Shown: piece by piece, positions 1 through 9,198 of the stretch
How positions within the stretch are numbered: the stretch's first letter is position 1
Layout: the number at the start of each line of letters is the position of its first letter
Assembly: GCA_963851385.1 (NCBI GenBank)
Contig: CAWKPE010000018.1
Span: forward strand, 183,968-247,967
Length of the DNA: 64,000 nt
Source of the DNA: an uncultured Bacteroidota bacterium
GTDB lineage: Bacteria > Bacteroidota > Bacteroidia > Bacteroidales > DTGW01
Direction of reading: 5' to 3'
Made by a program: the position numbers and the translations under genes
The notes under the pieces: model-generated
What the model saw: the letters and a program-made list of their open reading frames with translations, nothing else
Databases searched by the model: none
Told to the model about the DNA's origin: nothing

Positions 1-617
1 AATCCAGTTCTTTCGACCTGGAAAAAACATTGAAAGCTTTCGAAAAGAAATTTGGTCATCTGCTTTCGCAGGTCCGGTGGGTTAACCTGGGTGGCGGACA
101 TCTGATAACTAGGAAAGATTATAATTGCAACCATCTTATTGAATTACTTCAACATTTCAAAAACCGTTATCCTCATATCAATGTAATTTTAGAGCCGGGT
201 GCTGCTTTTGCATGGGAAACCGGTTACCTAGTTTCAACTGTACTAGACATTGTAGAAAACAGTGGGATCAAAACTGCGATGCTCGATGTATCTTTCACCG
301 CACATATGCCCGATTGCCTTGAGATGCCATACAAACCAATGGTTATAGGCGCTATGGATGAAGCTGAAGGAAAACCTTCCTACCGTTTGGGCGGCTCCAG
401 TTGTCTGTCCGGCGATTATATGGGAAACTGGTCTTTTAACCACGAACTTCAAATTGGTGAAAAAATAATCTTCCTTGATATGATTCACTACACTATGATA
501 AAAACTACAATGTTCAATGGCGTTCAGCATCCTTCAATTGGAATCTGGAACGACAAAACAGGTTTCAGACTGGTAAGAGAATTTGGTTATGAAGATTATA
601 AGAATAGGCTTTCGTAA
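1..617 (+). CDS. nspC: carboxynorspermidine decarboxylase, C-terminal part (5' end lies upstream of the window)
   Basis: The frame stays open from nt 3 into the listed ORF. LGGGH, EPGAAF and YRLGGSSCLSGDYMGNWSF motifs fit NspC-type PLP decarboxylases. Stop at 615-617. Confidence 0.8.
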   Translation, partial: SSSFDLEKTLKAFEKKFGHLLSQVRWVNLGGGHLITRKDYNCNHLIELLQHFKNRYPHINVILEPGAAFAWETGYLVSTVLDIVENSGIKTAMLDVSFTAHMPDCLEMPYKPMVIGAMDEAEGKPSYRLGGSSCLSGDYMGNWSFNHELQIGEKIIFLDMIHYTMIKTTMFNGVQHPSIGIWNDKTGFRLVREFGYEDYKNRLS

Positions 618-773
618 TTTTTATCTTATTATGATAAGCATTTGTGTATATTAAAACTTCAACTTGTTTTCTACTTAAAATTTCTTCCTTTTTGTTAATA
701 CTATCTTAAAAAATTAAGTGAGGTTAGCATGTTTATTTCTTATTTTTGATGCAATAAGAAGTTAAATTATTGG

Positions 774-3700
774 ATGGAACCTGTTAAAATAATAGAAGAA
801 TTAGAAGCGCTCAACACTTACGAAGAAATAGATATCGGAGATTTAGATAATCTTATCGATAGCATCTCTTATAATGAAATTAAGCATTATCTGAGAACTT
901 TCAAAATAGGCACAAAACCTGAACATGCAACCCAGGAATTGCTAAAAAGGCTTGTTGACGATGTACTCTTAAGAGAGGGTTTTGCAGAAGTCAAAATCAA
1001 AGGTGGATTTGTTGACTTTGCCATCCAGGAAAATGTTGTTAATCCAATATTAATTGAATTAAAACCTGGCTTTGAAAAAATAACTAATGATTCAGGTGAT
1101 GTAATAAAAATTAAAGCAAAAACTTTAGATTACATTAACCACAAAGATCAAATTCAAAAATATCTTTTAGGAAACGATTTTGTAATTCTTACAAATTTAA
1201 AGAATGCATACTTGTTTAATCGCGAAGCTATTATTGATTATGAACCATTTTATGAAATTAAATTCCCGGAACTTTTGCGTCAATTTCTTAGTTGCGAAAA
1301 CCTCTGGGATACTGTTCACCGGTTAGAAGACCAGAGTATTAAGCCGGAACTTGAAAATGAATTCTTCAATGACCTTAAGAAATGGTTTGATGAGCTTTCT
1401 ACCATGCATTATATTGAAAAAAACGGGTTTAGAAAGAATGAAATTATCGTGCTTTTTATTAACAAGATGATTTTTGTTAAAACCCTTGAAGATTATGGCC
1501 TGATCCCTTTCCATTATCTTATTGAAGAGTACCAGCGGCTCAAATATATGTGGGAAGTAAAAAGCATGGCAAAATGTTTCGAGCACTTTTTTAGGCAGAC
1601 AGAAGAATTTTTTGAATATTTCTACGATACTGAGCTTTTTTCAACTAACATTTGGGAATATCTTCCTGAAGACGAAGATGAGTGGAGAAAATTTGGCCGC
1701 GTTTTTGAACGTGTATTGGGATTCGGAGAATGGGAACTTTCCTTTGGAAAAGGATTAGTACATTATGACTATCGTAAAATAGACGAGGATGTATTTGGTA
1801 AAGCTTATGAAACTTTTATTGCCAGTCAACGAAAAGATAGTGGAATTTTTTACACGCACAGGCACATTACTACTTACATGAGCAATCGTTTGGTAAGCGA
1901 ATTGTTTGAACCTGCTGTTTCTAAAGTTCTGCAGGCTCTTGATAATCTTGATTTCAGTTCAGCTCAAACCGCAATAGATAAAATGTACAACATCTCAATT
2001 GCCGATACTTCATCAGGTAGTGGAAGTTTTTTAATAAAAGTTTTGCGCGATATTTATTCATATTACAATAAAATTTTTCAAAAACTCGATTGGGCACGTG
2101 AAATACATAGTATATGGGAAGTGCCAAAAAAAGTAACCCAGGCCCAGGAATTTTTAGACCGTGCTCTATATAACAACAAGCGCAAACTTATGGCTTCTAT
2201 TATACTCCGTCATATTCATGCTATTGACATTGACGAGCGGGCTATCGAGACTGCAAAAACTAACTTGTGGAAAGAGGCTGTAAAAATAGAGCCTAAATTA
2301 TTCAGCTTTCGTAAAATCGGTAAAGAAACAAATCATATTTTACCGAACCTGCAACTTAATTTTATTTGTGCAGATACTCTATTTGATTTGCCTATCTCTG
2401 ATCAACTAAATATAATTTCTTCGAAATACAAACCGGATATTATAAAATTGTTCCAAATCCGGGACGCATATATAAACAATCCGTACAGACCGGATATATT
2501 ACATGAGGCTAAGCAAATAAAACAAAAGCTGCGTGAAGGTTTGACACCGAATCTGAAGCCTTTGACCAGACCTACACTTATTTGCCTTGAGTTCTTTTAT
2601 TTATATTTCGATTATGAAGGCAATCCATTGCCAACTGAGAAACAAGGTTTCTCAGGTATCATAAGCAATCCTCCCTGGGAAGAAATATATCCTGTTGCTA
2701 AAGAATTTGCCGACATTGGCAAATATGAAATGGATCGTGCCGATTTTGAAAAGGAATTTGAAAAAAAGTTGAAAAAAGATAAAGCATTCGCTAAAGAATG
2801 GGAAAAATACTGCCAGTTTTATAAAGATTATACTGAATTTGTTTCGGAAAATTATACTTACCATAACCTGAAACCAGAAACCAGCGTGGCCATGCGTTCA
2901 CATTTGAATTATTTTAAATTATTATTCGAACGCGACCTGCAAATTATCCAACCGGGAGGGTTCCTTAATATTCTTATACCATCAAGCTTTCAGACTGATG
3001 AGGGATGCTTTGGATTACGTAATTTATCACTTATTGATAATACATTGCATGAATTGTTTTCTTTCGAAAACAGGGGTTTTAAGGAAAATCCCGAAGATAA
3101 AACAAATACAAAAATATTTCCTGATGTTGACAATCGTTTTAAGTTTTCAATAGTGCTTGTACAAAAAGTCAAACCTAAAGATGATAATGCTTTCAATACT
3201 CACTTTTATTTGCATGACCCCAAGGATCTTTATATTAAAAATCCTTTAAAATATAGCCTTAATCTTGCACGTAAGTTCTCGCCTCATAATTTGTCAATTA
3301 TGGAATTTGCTTCACAAACTGATTATAATTTGTGTGAAAAAATGCTTAATAATCACGATCTTTTAGGACAACTTGGTTATAATTTTAGAAGAGAATTTCA
3401 TGTAACTGACGATGCAAATATTTTAATTAAAGAAAAAGGTAAAAAGGATGTTTTTCCAGTTTATGAAGGTAAATCTATCCATCAATTTACAAGTGCTTAT
3501 GCAGATATAAACAATTATATTGAAAAAGCAATTGTTAATAAAGAACTAATTAACAAAGAAACAAAACGAATTAAAGCTGATTTAAATCTTGATATTAAAA
3601 CTAACGAAGTAAGCAGCTATTTTGTAAAGAATAATTTCAAATTAGATTTCCAAACATATCGTTTAGCATATAGGGCTATTGGTAGTTCTACAAACGAACG

Positions 3701-4229
3701 TACTTTAATTTGCACTGTTTTATACCCAAATTCTGTATCAGTTCATTCATTAAATTACTTAATTAATTTCACTTATCAGAAAGCAGGAAAATATTTCAAA
3801 CAGATTCAACAAGATTATTGGAAAACAATTTATTTAATGTCTTTATTGAATTCCTTGACACTCAATTATTATATTCGAAATAAAATATCTGCTAATCTGA
3901 CAATGAATTTTATATACGAACTTCCAATCCCAGCAGCTACCGAAGAATTAAAAAATAAGATCGTGAAATTAGGTTTTTCCCTTCTTTATCACAAAAGCAA
4001 TTCTAAAGAATATGAAGATTTAAAAAAAGAATTGGGCATAACGATCCCTGCCAAAATCAATGATATTAAAACCCGTGCCGAATTAGAAATAATTATAGCA
4101 AGAGATTTGTTCAGCCTCAACAAAACCGATTGGCAATATTTAACTTCTACTTTCGTTTATGGTGAAGACTCAGCTACAAAGCTAGAGCTGGATGAAATAA
4201 TATCAGCATCAAAAGAATATTTTAATTAA
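774..4229 (+). CDS. type IIG-like restriction-modification enzyme (fused endonuclease, N6-adenine methyltransferase and target-recognition region)
   Basis: 1151-aa ORF. PD-(D/E)xK-like motif near the N-terminus (VDFAI...ILIELKPG). SAM motif I IADTSSGSGSFL (nt 1998-2033). Catalytic NPPW in IISNPPWEE (nt 2658-2684). Long C-terminal region with no separate S or R subunit gene nearby. Confidence 0.75.
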   Translation: MEPVKIIEELEALNTYEEIDIGDLDNLIDSISYNEIKHYLRTFKIGTKPEHATQELLKRLVDDVLLREGFAEVKIKGGFVDFAIQENVVNPILIELKPGFEKITNDSGDVIKIKAKTLDYINHKDQIQKYLLGNDFVILTNLKNAYLFNREAIIDYEPFYEIKFPELLRQFLSCENLWDTVHRLEDQSIKPELENEFFNDLKKWFDELSTMHYIEKNGFRKNEIIVLFINKMIFVKTLEDYGLIPFHYLIEEYQRLKYMWEVKSMAKCFEHFFRQTEEFFEYFYDTELFSTNIWEYLPEDEDEWRKFGRVFERVLGFGEWELSFGKGLVHYDYRKIDEDVFGKAYETFIASQRKDSGIFYTHRHITTYMSNRLVSELFEPAVSKVLQALDNLDFSSAQTAIDKMYNISIADTSSGSGSFLIKVLRDIYSYYNKIFQKLDWAREIHSIWEVPKKVTQAQEFLDRALYNNKRKLMASIILRHIHAIDIDERAIETAKTNLWKEAVKIEPKLFSFRKIGKETNHILPNLQLNFICADTLFDLPISDQLNIISSKYKPDIIKLFQIRDAYINNPYRPDILHEAKQIKQKLREGLTPNLKPLTRPTLICLEFFYLYFDYEGNPLPTEKQGFSGIISNPPWEEIYPVAKEFADIGKYEMDRADFEKEFEKKLKKDKAFAKEWEKYCQFYKDYTEFVSENYTYHNLKPETSVAMRSHLNYFKLLFERDLQIIQPGGFLNILIPSSFQTDEGCFGLRNLSLIDNTLHELFSFENRGFKENPEDKTNTKIFPDVDNRFKFSIVLVQKVKPKDDNAFNTHFYLHDPKDLYIKNPLKYSLNLARKFSPHNLSIMEFASQTDYNLCEKMLNNHDLLGQLGYNFRREFHVTDDANILIKEKGKKDVFPVYEGKSIHQFTSAYADINNYIEKAIVNKELINKETKRIKADLNLDIKTNEVSSYFVKNNFKLDFQTYRLAYRAIGSSTNERTLICTVLYPNSVSVHSLNYLINFTYQKAGKYFKQIQQDYWKTIYLMSLLNSLTLNYYIRNKISANLTMNFIYELPIPAATEELKNKIVKLGFSLLYHKSNSKEYEDLKKELGITIPAKINDIKTRAELEIIIARDLFSLNKTDWQYLTSTFVYGEDSATKLELDEIISASKEYFN

Positions 4230-4246
4230 CACTAATTCACAAAACC

Positions 4247-5266
4247 ATGCGTTTAAAAAGTATTTTAATTATAATTTTATTTACAATCGCTCTTTCCAGT
4301 TGCAAAACCAAACATTTCGAATACTTTAAAATTGAAGGGTTTGCGCAGGGAGGAACTTATCACGTTACTTATGAAAATTCACCGGGACTTGATTTAAAAG
4401 GTCAAATTGATTCTATTTTAAATGTTATTGATTTCACTTTGTCAATATTTAACCCGAAATCAATTATTTCCAGGATTAACGCTAACGAACCTGATGTTAA
4501 AATAAATGATTATTTCAAAGCAGTATTTTATAAATCAATAGAAGTAAACAGAAATTCCGGCGGAGCTTTTGATGTGACAGTTGGTCCATTGGTCAATGCC
4601 TGGGGTTTTGGTCCCAAAAAAAGAGAAATCCCTAGTAAAAGAAAAATTGATACATTACTTCAATATGTAGGAATGAACAAGGTTAAAATTATCGGCAACA
4701 AAGTAATTAAGAAATACCCGCAGATAAGTTTAGATTTTAATGCCATAGCACAAGGTTTTACAGTTGATGTGGTTTGTAAGTTTTTAGATTCACTTGAAAT
4801 AAAAAATTACCTGGTAGAGGTTGGTGGAGAAGTCCGTACCAAAGGTAAAAATGCAAAGGGAGAAGACTGGAGGGTTGGAATAGATAAACCGGTTGATGGA
4901 AGTACTGTTCCAGGAGAACAAATTCAGGGAATACTATATTTGAGCAATAAAGCGGTTGCTACTTCGGGCGACTATCGCAAATTTTTTATTCAAGATGGTA
5001 TTAAATATGCTCATCACATTGATCCGCATACCGGATACCCTGCAAAACAGAATGTGCTTAGTGCATCAATTATAGCTAATGATTGTTTTACTGCTGATGG
5101 ATATGGTACAGTTTGTATGGTAATGGGACTTGAAAAAAGCAAAATATTTCTAGCCCGGCATCCCGAATTGGATGCTTACCTGATTTATAGCAATGAAAAA
5201 GGACAGTTCTGTGAATATGCAACTCCCGGTGCAAGGAAAATTTTAAAAACACTAAAAGCAAAATAA
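4247..5266 (+). CDS. apbE: FAD:protein FMN transferase (ApbE family lipoprotein)
   Basis: Lipoprotein signal (LSSC). Motifs GGAFDVTVGPLVNAWGFG and TSGDYRKFF...HHIDPHTGYP are typical of ApbE. Confidence 0.85.
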   Translation: MRLKSILIIILFTIALSSCKTKHFEYFKIEGFAQGGTYHVTYENSPGLDLKGQIDSILNVIDFTLSIFNPKSIISRINANEPDVKINDYFKAVFYKSIEVNRNSGGAFDVTVGPLVNAWGFGPKKREIPSKRKIDTLLQYVGMNKVKIIGNKVIKKYPQISLDFNAIAQGFTVDVVCKFLDSLEIKNYLVEVGGEVRTKGKNAKGEDWRVGIDKPVDGSTVPGEQIQGILYLSNKAVATSGDYRKFFIQDGIKYAHHIDPHTGYPAKQNVLSASIIANDCFTADGYGTVCMVMGLEKSKIFLARHPELDAYLIYSNEKGQFCEYATPGARKILKTLKAK

Positions 5267-5296
5267 ACTTTTAAAAACTACTGTTCAGCTTAAAAT

Positions 5297-6598
5297 ATGC
5301 ATTATCAATGTTTTTTTATGAAAACTATTAAAATATTATTCCTTTTAATTTTTTGGATTATTTCATTTGTTGACCTTACAGCCCAACCTGTTACTGATTC
5401 TGTTTACAATAAAAATATTCATACAGTTCAAATTTACAGGAATGGAGCAGAACTCTCTTATCCAGTCATAGAATTAAACACAGATGACAAACTGAAACTT
5501 TGTTTTGATGATTTTAGTCATGAAGTCAAAAACTATTGTTATTCCCTGGTTCATTGTAATTCCGACTGGGAACCAACCGACATTTCATCTTCTGAATATA
5601 TTGATGGATTCTTTCAAAATCAAATAACAGACCATGTGTTTTCAATAAATACTCTTGTAAACTATCTCCATTATTCTGTTATTTTTCCAAATGAAAATTG
5701 TAAAATTCGGTTATCAGGAAATTACATAATTAAAGTTTTTGAAGATTATGATGAAACTAAAATGGCTTTTACCAAAAAGTTTTACGTGAACGAAACAATT
5801 GCCAATATTGATCTTGATATTCTCCGGCCTGAAATTCCGAAATACATGATGAAAGGTCAGGAATTTAAAATAACCCTTAAACCAAATGTTACAGACTTCA
5901 CTGATTTGAAAAGCGAGATAAAGATTGTAATAAACCAGAATGGCATGCCATGCAGGACAAAATCATTTCTCGTTTCAAGATTATTAGCAGGAAATGTTCT
6001 TGTTTACGATGATTTGGATTCAAATATTTTTGATGGTGGAAATGAATTCAGAAATTTTGACATTAAAAGCATCAAATACCAAAGTCCGAGAATTAATAAA
6101 ATTAAATATTCAGGTGATAATTACACTATTGAGCTTCATCCTGATACATGGAGAACAAAAACCCGTTACTTTTTTGACAATGACCTTAATGGAAATTATT
6201 TTGTTGAAAACAGCCTCGGTGTTGATAAAAGTAATGATGCCGATTATGTAATGGTTCATTTAATACTTTCCACAACAGAACCATTGCTGGATGGTGATTT
6301 ATTTGTATACGGCGCTCTTACTGACTGGAAATGTAACCAGGCCTCGAAAATGAGTTACAACCTCGAGAACCAGGTATATGAACTTAAATTATTGCTTAAA
6401 CAGGGTTACTACAATTATCAATATGCTTATAAACCAAATAACAGCGACAATGTCGATCTCACTTTCGTTGAAGGTAATCATTACGAAACTGAAAACGACT
6501 ATTTGGTTTTTGTTTACTACAAGCAGTTTTCCAGTCGTTACGAAAGATTAATCGGTTACCGGATTGCAAATTCAATTAAAAAGGCAGACAAAAAATAA
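5297..6598 (+). CDS. DUF5103 / T9SS-plug-like domain protein
   Basis: Signal peptide, so the start is more likely ATG 5318 (MKTIKILFLL). The motif VHTVQIYRNG..SYPVIELNTDDKLKLCFDDF....YCYSLVHCNSDWEP resembles the DUF5103 family as I remember it. Confidence 0.5.
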   Translation: MHYQCFFMKTIKILFLLIFWIISFVDLTAQPVTDSVYNKNIHTVQIYRNGAELSYPVIELNTDDKLKLCFDDFSHEVKNYCYSLVHCNSDWEPTDISSSEYIDGFFQNQITDHVFSINTLVNYLHYSVIFPNENCKIRLSGNYIIKVFEDYDETKMAFTKKFYVNETIANIDLDILRPEIPKYMMKGQEFKITLKPNVTDFTDLKSEIKIVINQNGMPCRTKSFLVSRLLAGNVLVYDDLDSNIFDGGNEFRNFDIKSIKYQSPRINKIKYSGDNYTIELHPDTWRTKTRYFFDNDLNGNYFVENSLGVDKSNDADYVMVHLILSTTEPLLDGDLFVYGALTDWKCNQASKMSYNLENQVYELKLLLKQGYYNYQYAYKPNNSDNVDLTFVEGNHYETENDYLVFVYYKQFSSRYERLIGYRIANSIKKADKK

Positions 6599-6600
6599 AT

Positions 6601-7104
6601 CTATACAAATATAATTTGCGTTCCACTTCCTCCTGCCATTGCATATAGTTGCCCCACGGTAATAATATCAGTGACTTCTTCGCAAAAATCTTCCTTTTTC
6701 ATTTTAAACATATCGGCGGCCAGTTTACAGGCATATATTTCACCTCCACCTGCAGTAATCATTTCCATAAATTCCTTAACTGTAGGGATATCGAGTTTTC
6801 CCATCTGGCTTTTCATCATTGCTGAAACGCCTGCTTCAACACCGGGAATTATTCCAAGCAATGTTGGGAATGGAATACCTCCAGGCATGCGCATGGCAGG
6901 ATTTCCCACTACTGAAGTATGCAACTTGTTCATTTGCTTTTTGGTTATTGCATCTAGCCCAAAAAAGGTAAAAAACACTTTGGCTTCAATCCCTTCCATT
7001 ACTGCTCCGTTAGCCATTACCAGTGCAGCATATACATCTTCAATATTGCCTTTTGAGCATATTATCAGTACTCTTTTCAAAGGATTTTCTTCTATTGTAT
7101 TCAT
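6601..7104 (-). CDS. DsrE/DsrF-like (DrsE_2-type) sulfur-relay family protein
   Basis: 167 aa. Contains RVLIICSKG..., FFTFFGLD and a conserved Cys in GGEIYACKLAADMF. Sits in an operon-like arrangement with TusE-like and SQR-like genes. Confidence 0.65.
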   Translation of the reverse strand: MNTIEENPLKRVLIICSKGNIEDVYAALVMANGAVMEGIEAKVFFTFFGLDAITKKQMNKLHTSVVGNPAMRMPGGIPFPTLLGIIPGVEAGVSAMMKSQMGKLDIPTVKEFMEMITAGGGEIYACKLAADMFKMKKEDFCEEVTDIITVGQLYAMAGGSGTQIIFV

Positions 7105-7136
7105 TTCTCATTTATTTAGTTTGCTTATAGGCTTTA

Positions 7137-7157
7137 GGCATTGGGCATTGGGCATTG
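7137..7157. repeat. tandem heptamer (GGCATTG) x3
   Basis: Read directly: ggcattg ggcattg ggcattg in the spacer between the DsrE-like and TusE-like genes. Confidence 0.9.
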
Positions 7158-7179
7158 AGCTTAGAGGTTAAGGTATTAA

Positions 7180-7233
7180 ATTCGACATTCATTATTCGAC
7201 ATTCATTATTCGACATTCATTATTCGACATTTC
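7180..7233. repeat. tandem 14-mer (ATTCGACATTCATT), about 3.9 copies, itself two related heptamers
   Basis: Read directly: three perfect 14-nt units (7180-7221) plus a partial fourth. Confidence 0.9.
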
Positions 7234-7286
7234 AAATTTCGCTTCACTTTCTACTATTTCCCGGATTCTGGTTTCCTGATTCCATA

Positions 7287-7607
7287 TTACACACAACTGA
7301 CAGGTTTAGGTATCCCTGCAATTTTAGAGGCATTTTTTAAAGGTCCTCCGGGAAAAAGTTGGTAAAACTCTTTAATATCCACAATACCTGAAGTGCCAAC
7401 TTTCCTGATAGTAAGTGTTTCACCAGCTATTTGTTTTTGTCGTAAAAACTCTATTAGAGCAAAATGCTTTTCGGTAAGGGTAATTCCCAATTCTTTAGCT
7501 ATTTCAACTGCAATCTCTTTTGTCCATTGCTTCAAATCGAGCAGGTAACCTTCGTTATTCACCTGAACGTTAACTCCTGCAATTATTTTTTCTGGCATGA
7601 TATTCAA
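7287..7607 (-). CDS. TusE/DsrC/DsvC family sulfur-relay protein (single C-terminal Cys, TusE-like)
   Basis: 106 aa ending in LFPGGPLKNASKIAGIPKPVSCV. The family's C-terminal arm has the penultimate Cys. The second DsrC Cys position appears to be Ser (NASK). Confidence 0.8.
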   Translation of the reverse strand: MNIMPEKIIAGVNVQVNNEGYLLDLKQWTKEIAVEIAKELGITLTEKHFALIEFLRQKQIAGETLTIRKVGTSGIVDIKEFYQLFPGGPLKNASKIAGIPKPVSCV

Positions 7608-7645
7608 AATTTTATATTTAATATTTTATATTTTTTATTAAAAAC

Positions 7646-7722
7646 TTGATTCTTGATTCTTGATTCTTGATTCTTGATTCTTGATTCTTGATTCTTGATT
7701 CTTGATTCTTGATTCTTGATTC
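7646..7722. repeat. tandem heptamer (TTGATTC) x11
   Basis: 77 nt of perfect 7-nt periodicity, counted base by base, between the SQR-like stop and the TusE-like start. Confidence 0.95.
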
Positions 7723-7758
7723 TTTTATAAACAATTATCAATATACAATAAACAATAG

Positions 7759-8991
7759 TCAACTCTTCCTCTTTCCCATCATACTCATATGCGATGTTAC
7801 CGGCAGGTGTCTTCCTTTGATCAATATATTCCAGTATATCCAACGAAATAAAAGTTTGCCCCAATGATTTATCCTGGAATTCTTCAAAAGTGAGAACGGT
7901 CCAATCAAAGGAAATGGGTAAACTCCTGGCAATGGTTCTGTTTCATAATTGAAATCGATAAGTGCAGCTTTTCCAAACCCGGCTTCAATATAGCAATTCA
8001 CATGACCATCAAATATTGCCTCAGCTTTTCTACCCTGAATAACAGACAATATATTTTTAATTAAATAGTCAGCAGCAAAATGCGCAACTGATCCGGCTTT
8101 TGAAGCAGGAATTGCTGCTGCATCACCTAACGCAAAAATATCCGGATACTTTTCAGATTGCAAGGTATTTTTGTTCACCGGGATAAAATTTAATTCGTCG
8201 CCTAGTCCGCTTTTGCCAATATAATCAGCACCTTTGTTAAGAGGGACTATTGTAAGTAAATCAAATTCAACTTCCTTCTCGTCATAGGAAATGAGTTTTT
8301 TATTTTCATTATCAACACGCTCTGTGTAAAAGTCAGGTATCACTTTAATATTTTTTTTCTCAAGCATATCACCCAGCACTTTTGTACACACCGGTTTTGT
8401 GAATGCTCCTGAAAGCGGTGTTACAAGTGAAATTTCAACTTTGTCCCGGATGCCACGTTTTGTAAAATATTCATCTGCAAGGCAAATAAATTCTACAGGT
8501 GCAACCGGACATTTAAATGGCATATCTATAATACTCATCACAAGACGCCCACCCTGCCAGTTTTTAAAGCGTTCAGACAATGCTAATGAACCCTCAAGAG
8601 TATAAAATTCAAATATTTCTTTATTCCATAATTTATCCTTTAATCCCGGAGTTTCTTCTGGTGCAAGCTTTGCTCCGGTCGCAATTATCAAATAATCATA
8701 AGTTAGTTTTGTCCCATTTGTTAAGTTTACTTCCTTTTCATCTGGTTTAACTAATTCAATGTCTCCATAAACTATTTCAATTTCTCTGGGTATGAATTTT
8801 TCTTTTGGTTTAATGACATCATTTTTTTTATAAATTCCGAATGGGATAAAGAGAAAACCTGGTTGATAGTAATGAATTTTATCGTTATCGACAAGGGTAA
8901 TTTTCCATTCCTTACTTTTTAAAACTTTTAAAAGTTTATTTGCCATAATTGTTCCGGCAGTGCCAGAACCCAATATCAATATATTGCGCAT
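7759..8991 (-). CDS. NAD(P)/FAD-dependent oxidoreductase, sulfide:quinone oxidoreductase-like
   Basis: 410 aa. N-terminal Rossmann motif ILILGSGTAGT, PFKCPVAPVEF Cys motif and second dinucleotide motif ALGDAA. Neighbouring sulfur-relay genes support the call. Confidence 0.7.
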   Translation of the reverse strand: MRNILILGSGTAGTIMANKLLKVLKSKEWKITLVDNDKIHYYQPGFLFIPFGIYKKNDVIKPKEKFIPREIEIVYGDIELVKPDEKEVNLTNGTKLTYDYLIIATGAKLAPEETPGLKDKLWNKEIFEFYTLEGSLALSERFKNWQGGRLVMSIIDMPFKCPVAPVEFICLADEYFTKRGIRDKVEISLVTPLSGAFTKPVCTKVLGDMLEKKNIKVIPDFYTERVDNENKKLISYDEKEVEFDLLTIVPLNKGADYIGKSGLGDELNFIPVNKNTLQSEKYPDIFALGDAAAIPASKAGSVAHFAADYLIKNILSVIQGRKAEAIFDGHVNCYIEAGFGKAALIDFNYETEPLPGVYPFPLIGPFSLLKNSRINHWGKLLFRWIYWNILIKGRHLPVTSHMSMMGKRKS

Positions 8992-9198
8992 ATATTATAT
9001 ATAATCTTAAGTACTTTAATTAACTTTAAATTTTTATCAAAATTAGTTCAACATACTACAGCCTATAGATGTTGTTGATATGATAAATATCAGGTTATGA
9101 TAAAAAACAGGTTTTGGGCGTTAAGCATGAGTGAACCGTTTCTTAACCGCTAAGAGGTTTCATAGACTTTAAACATAATATCAAAATCTATATTTAAT

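Noticed and set aside
6671-7171. 166-aa + strand ORF overlapping the DsrE-like gene
   Set aside because: It is fully antisense to a gene with clear family motifs. Its own sequence is low-complexity (S/P/I-rich) with no recognisable motif, so it is a shadow ORF. The same reasoning applies to 243-530, 8399-8605, 12725-12913, 13544-13849, 19453-19707 and 20041-20882.
7646-7722. Possible CRISPR array or other spacer-containing repeat
   Set aside because: The unit is only 7 nt and perfectly contiguous with no spacers. It is a microsatellite, not a CRISPR array. I saw no CRISPR-like repeat-spacer structure anywhere in the window.
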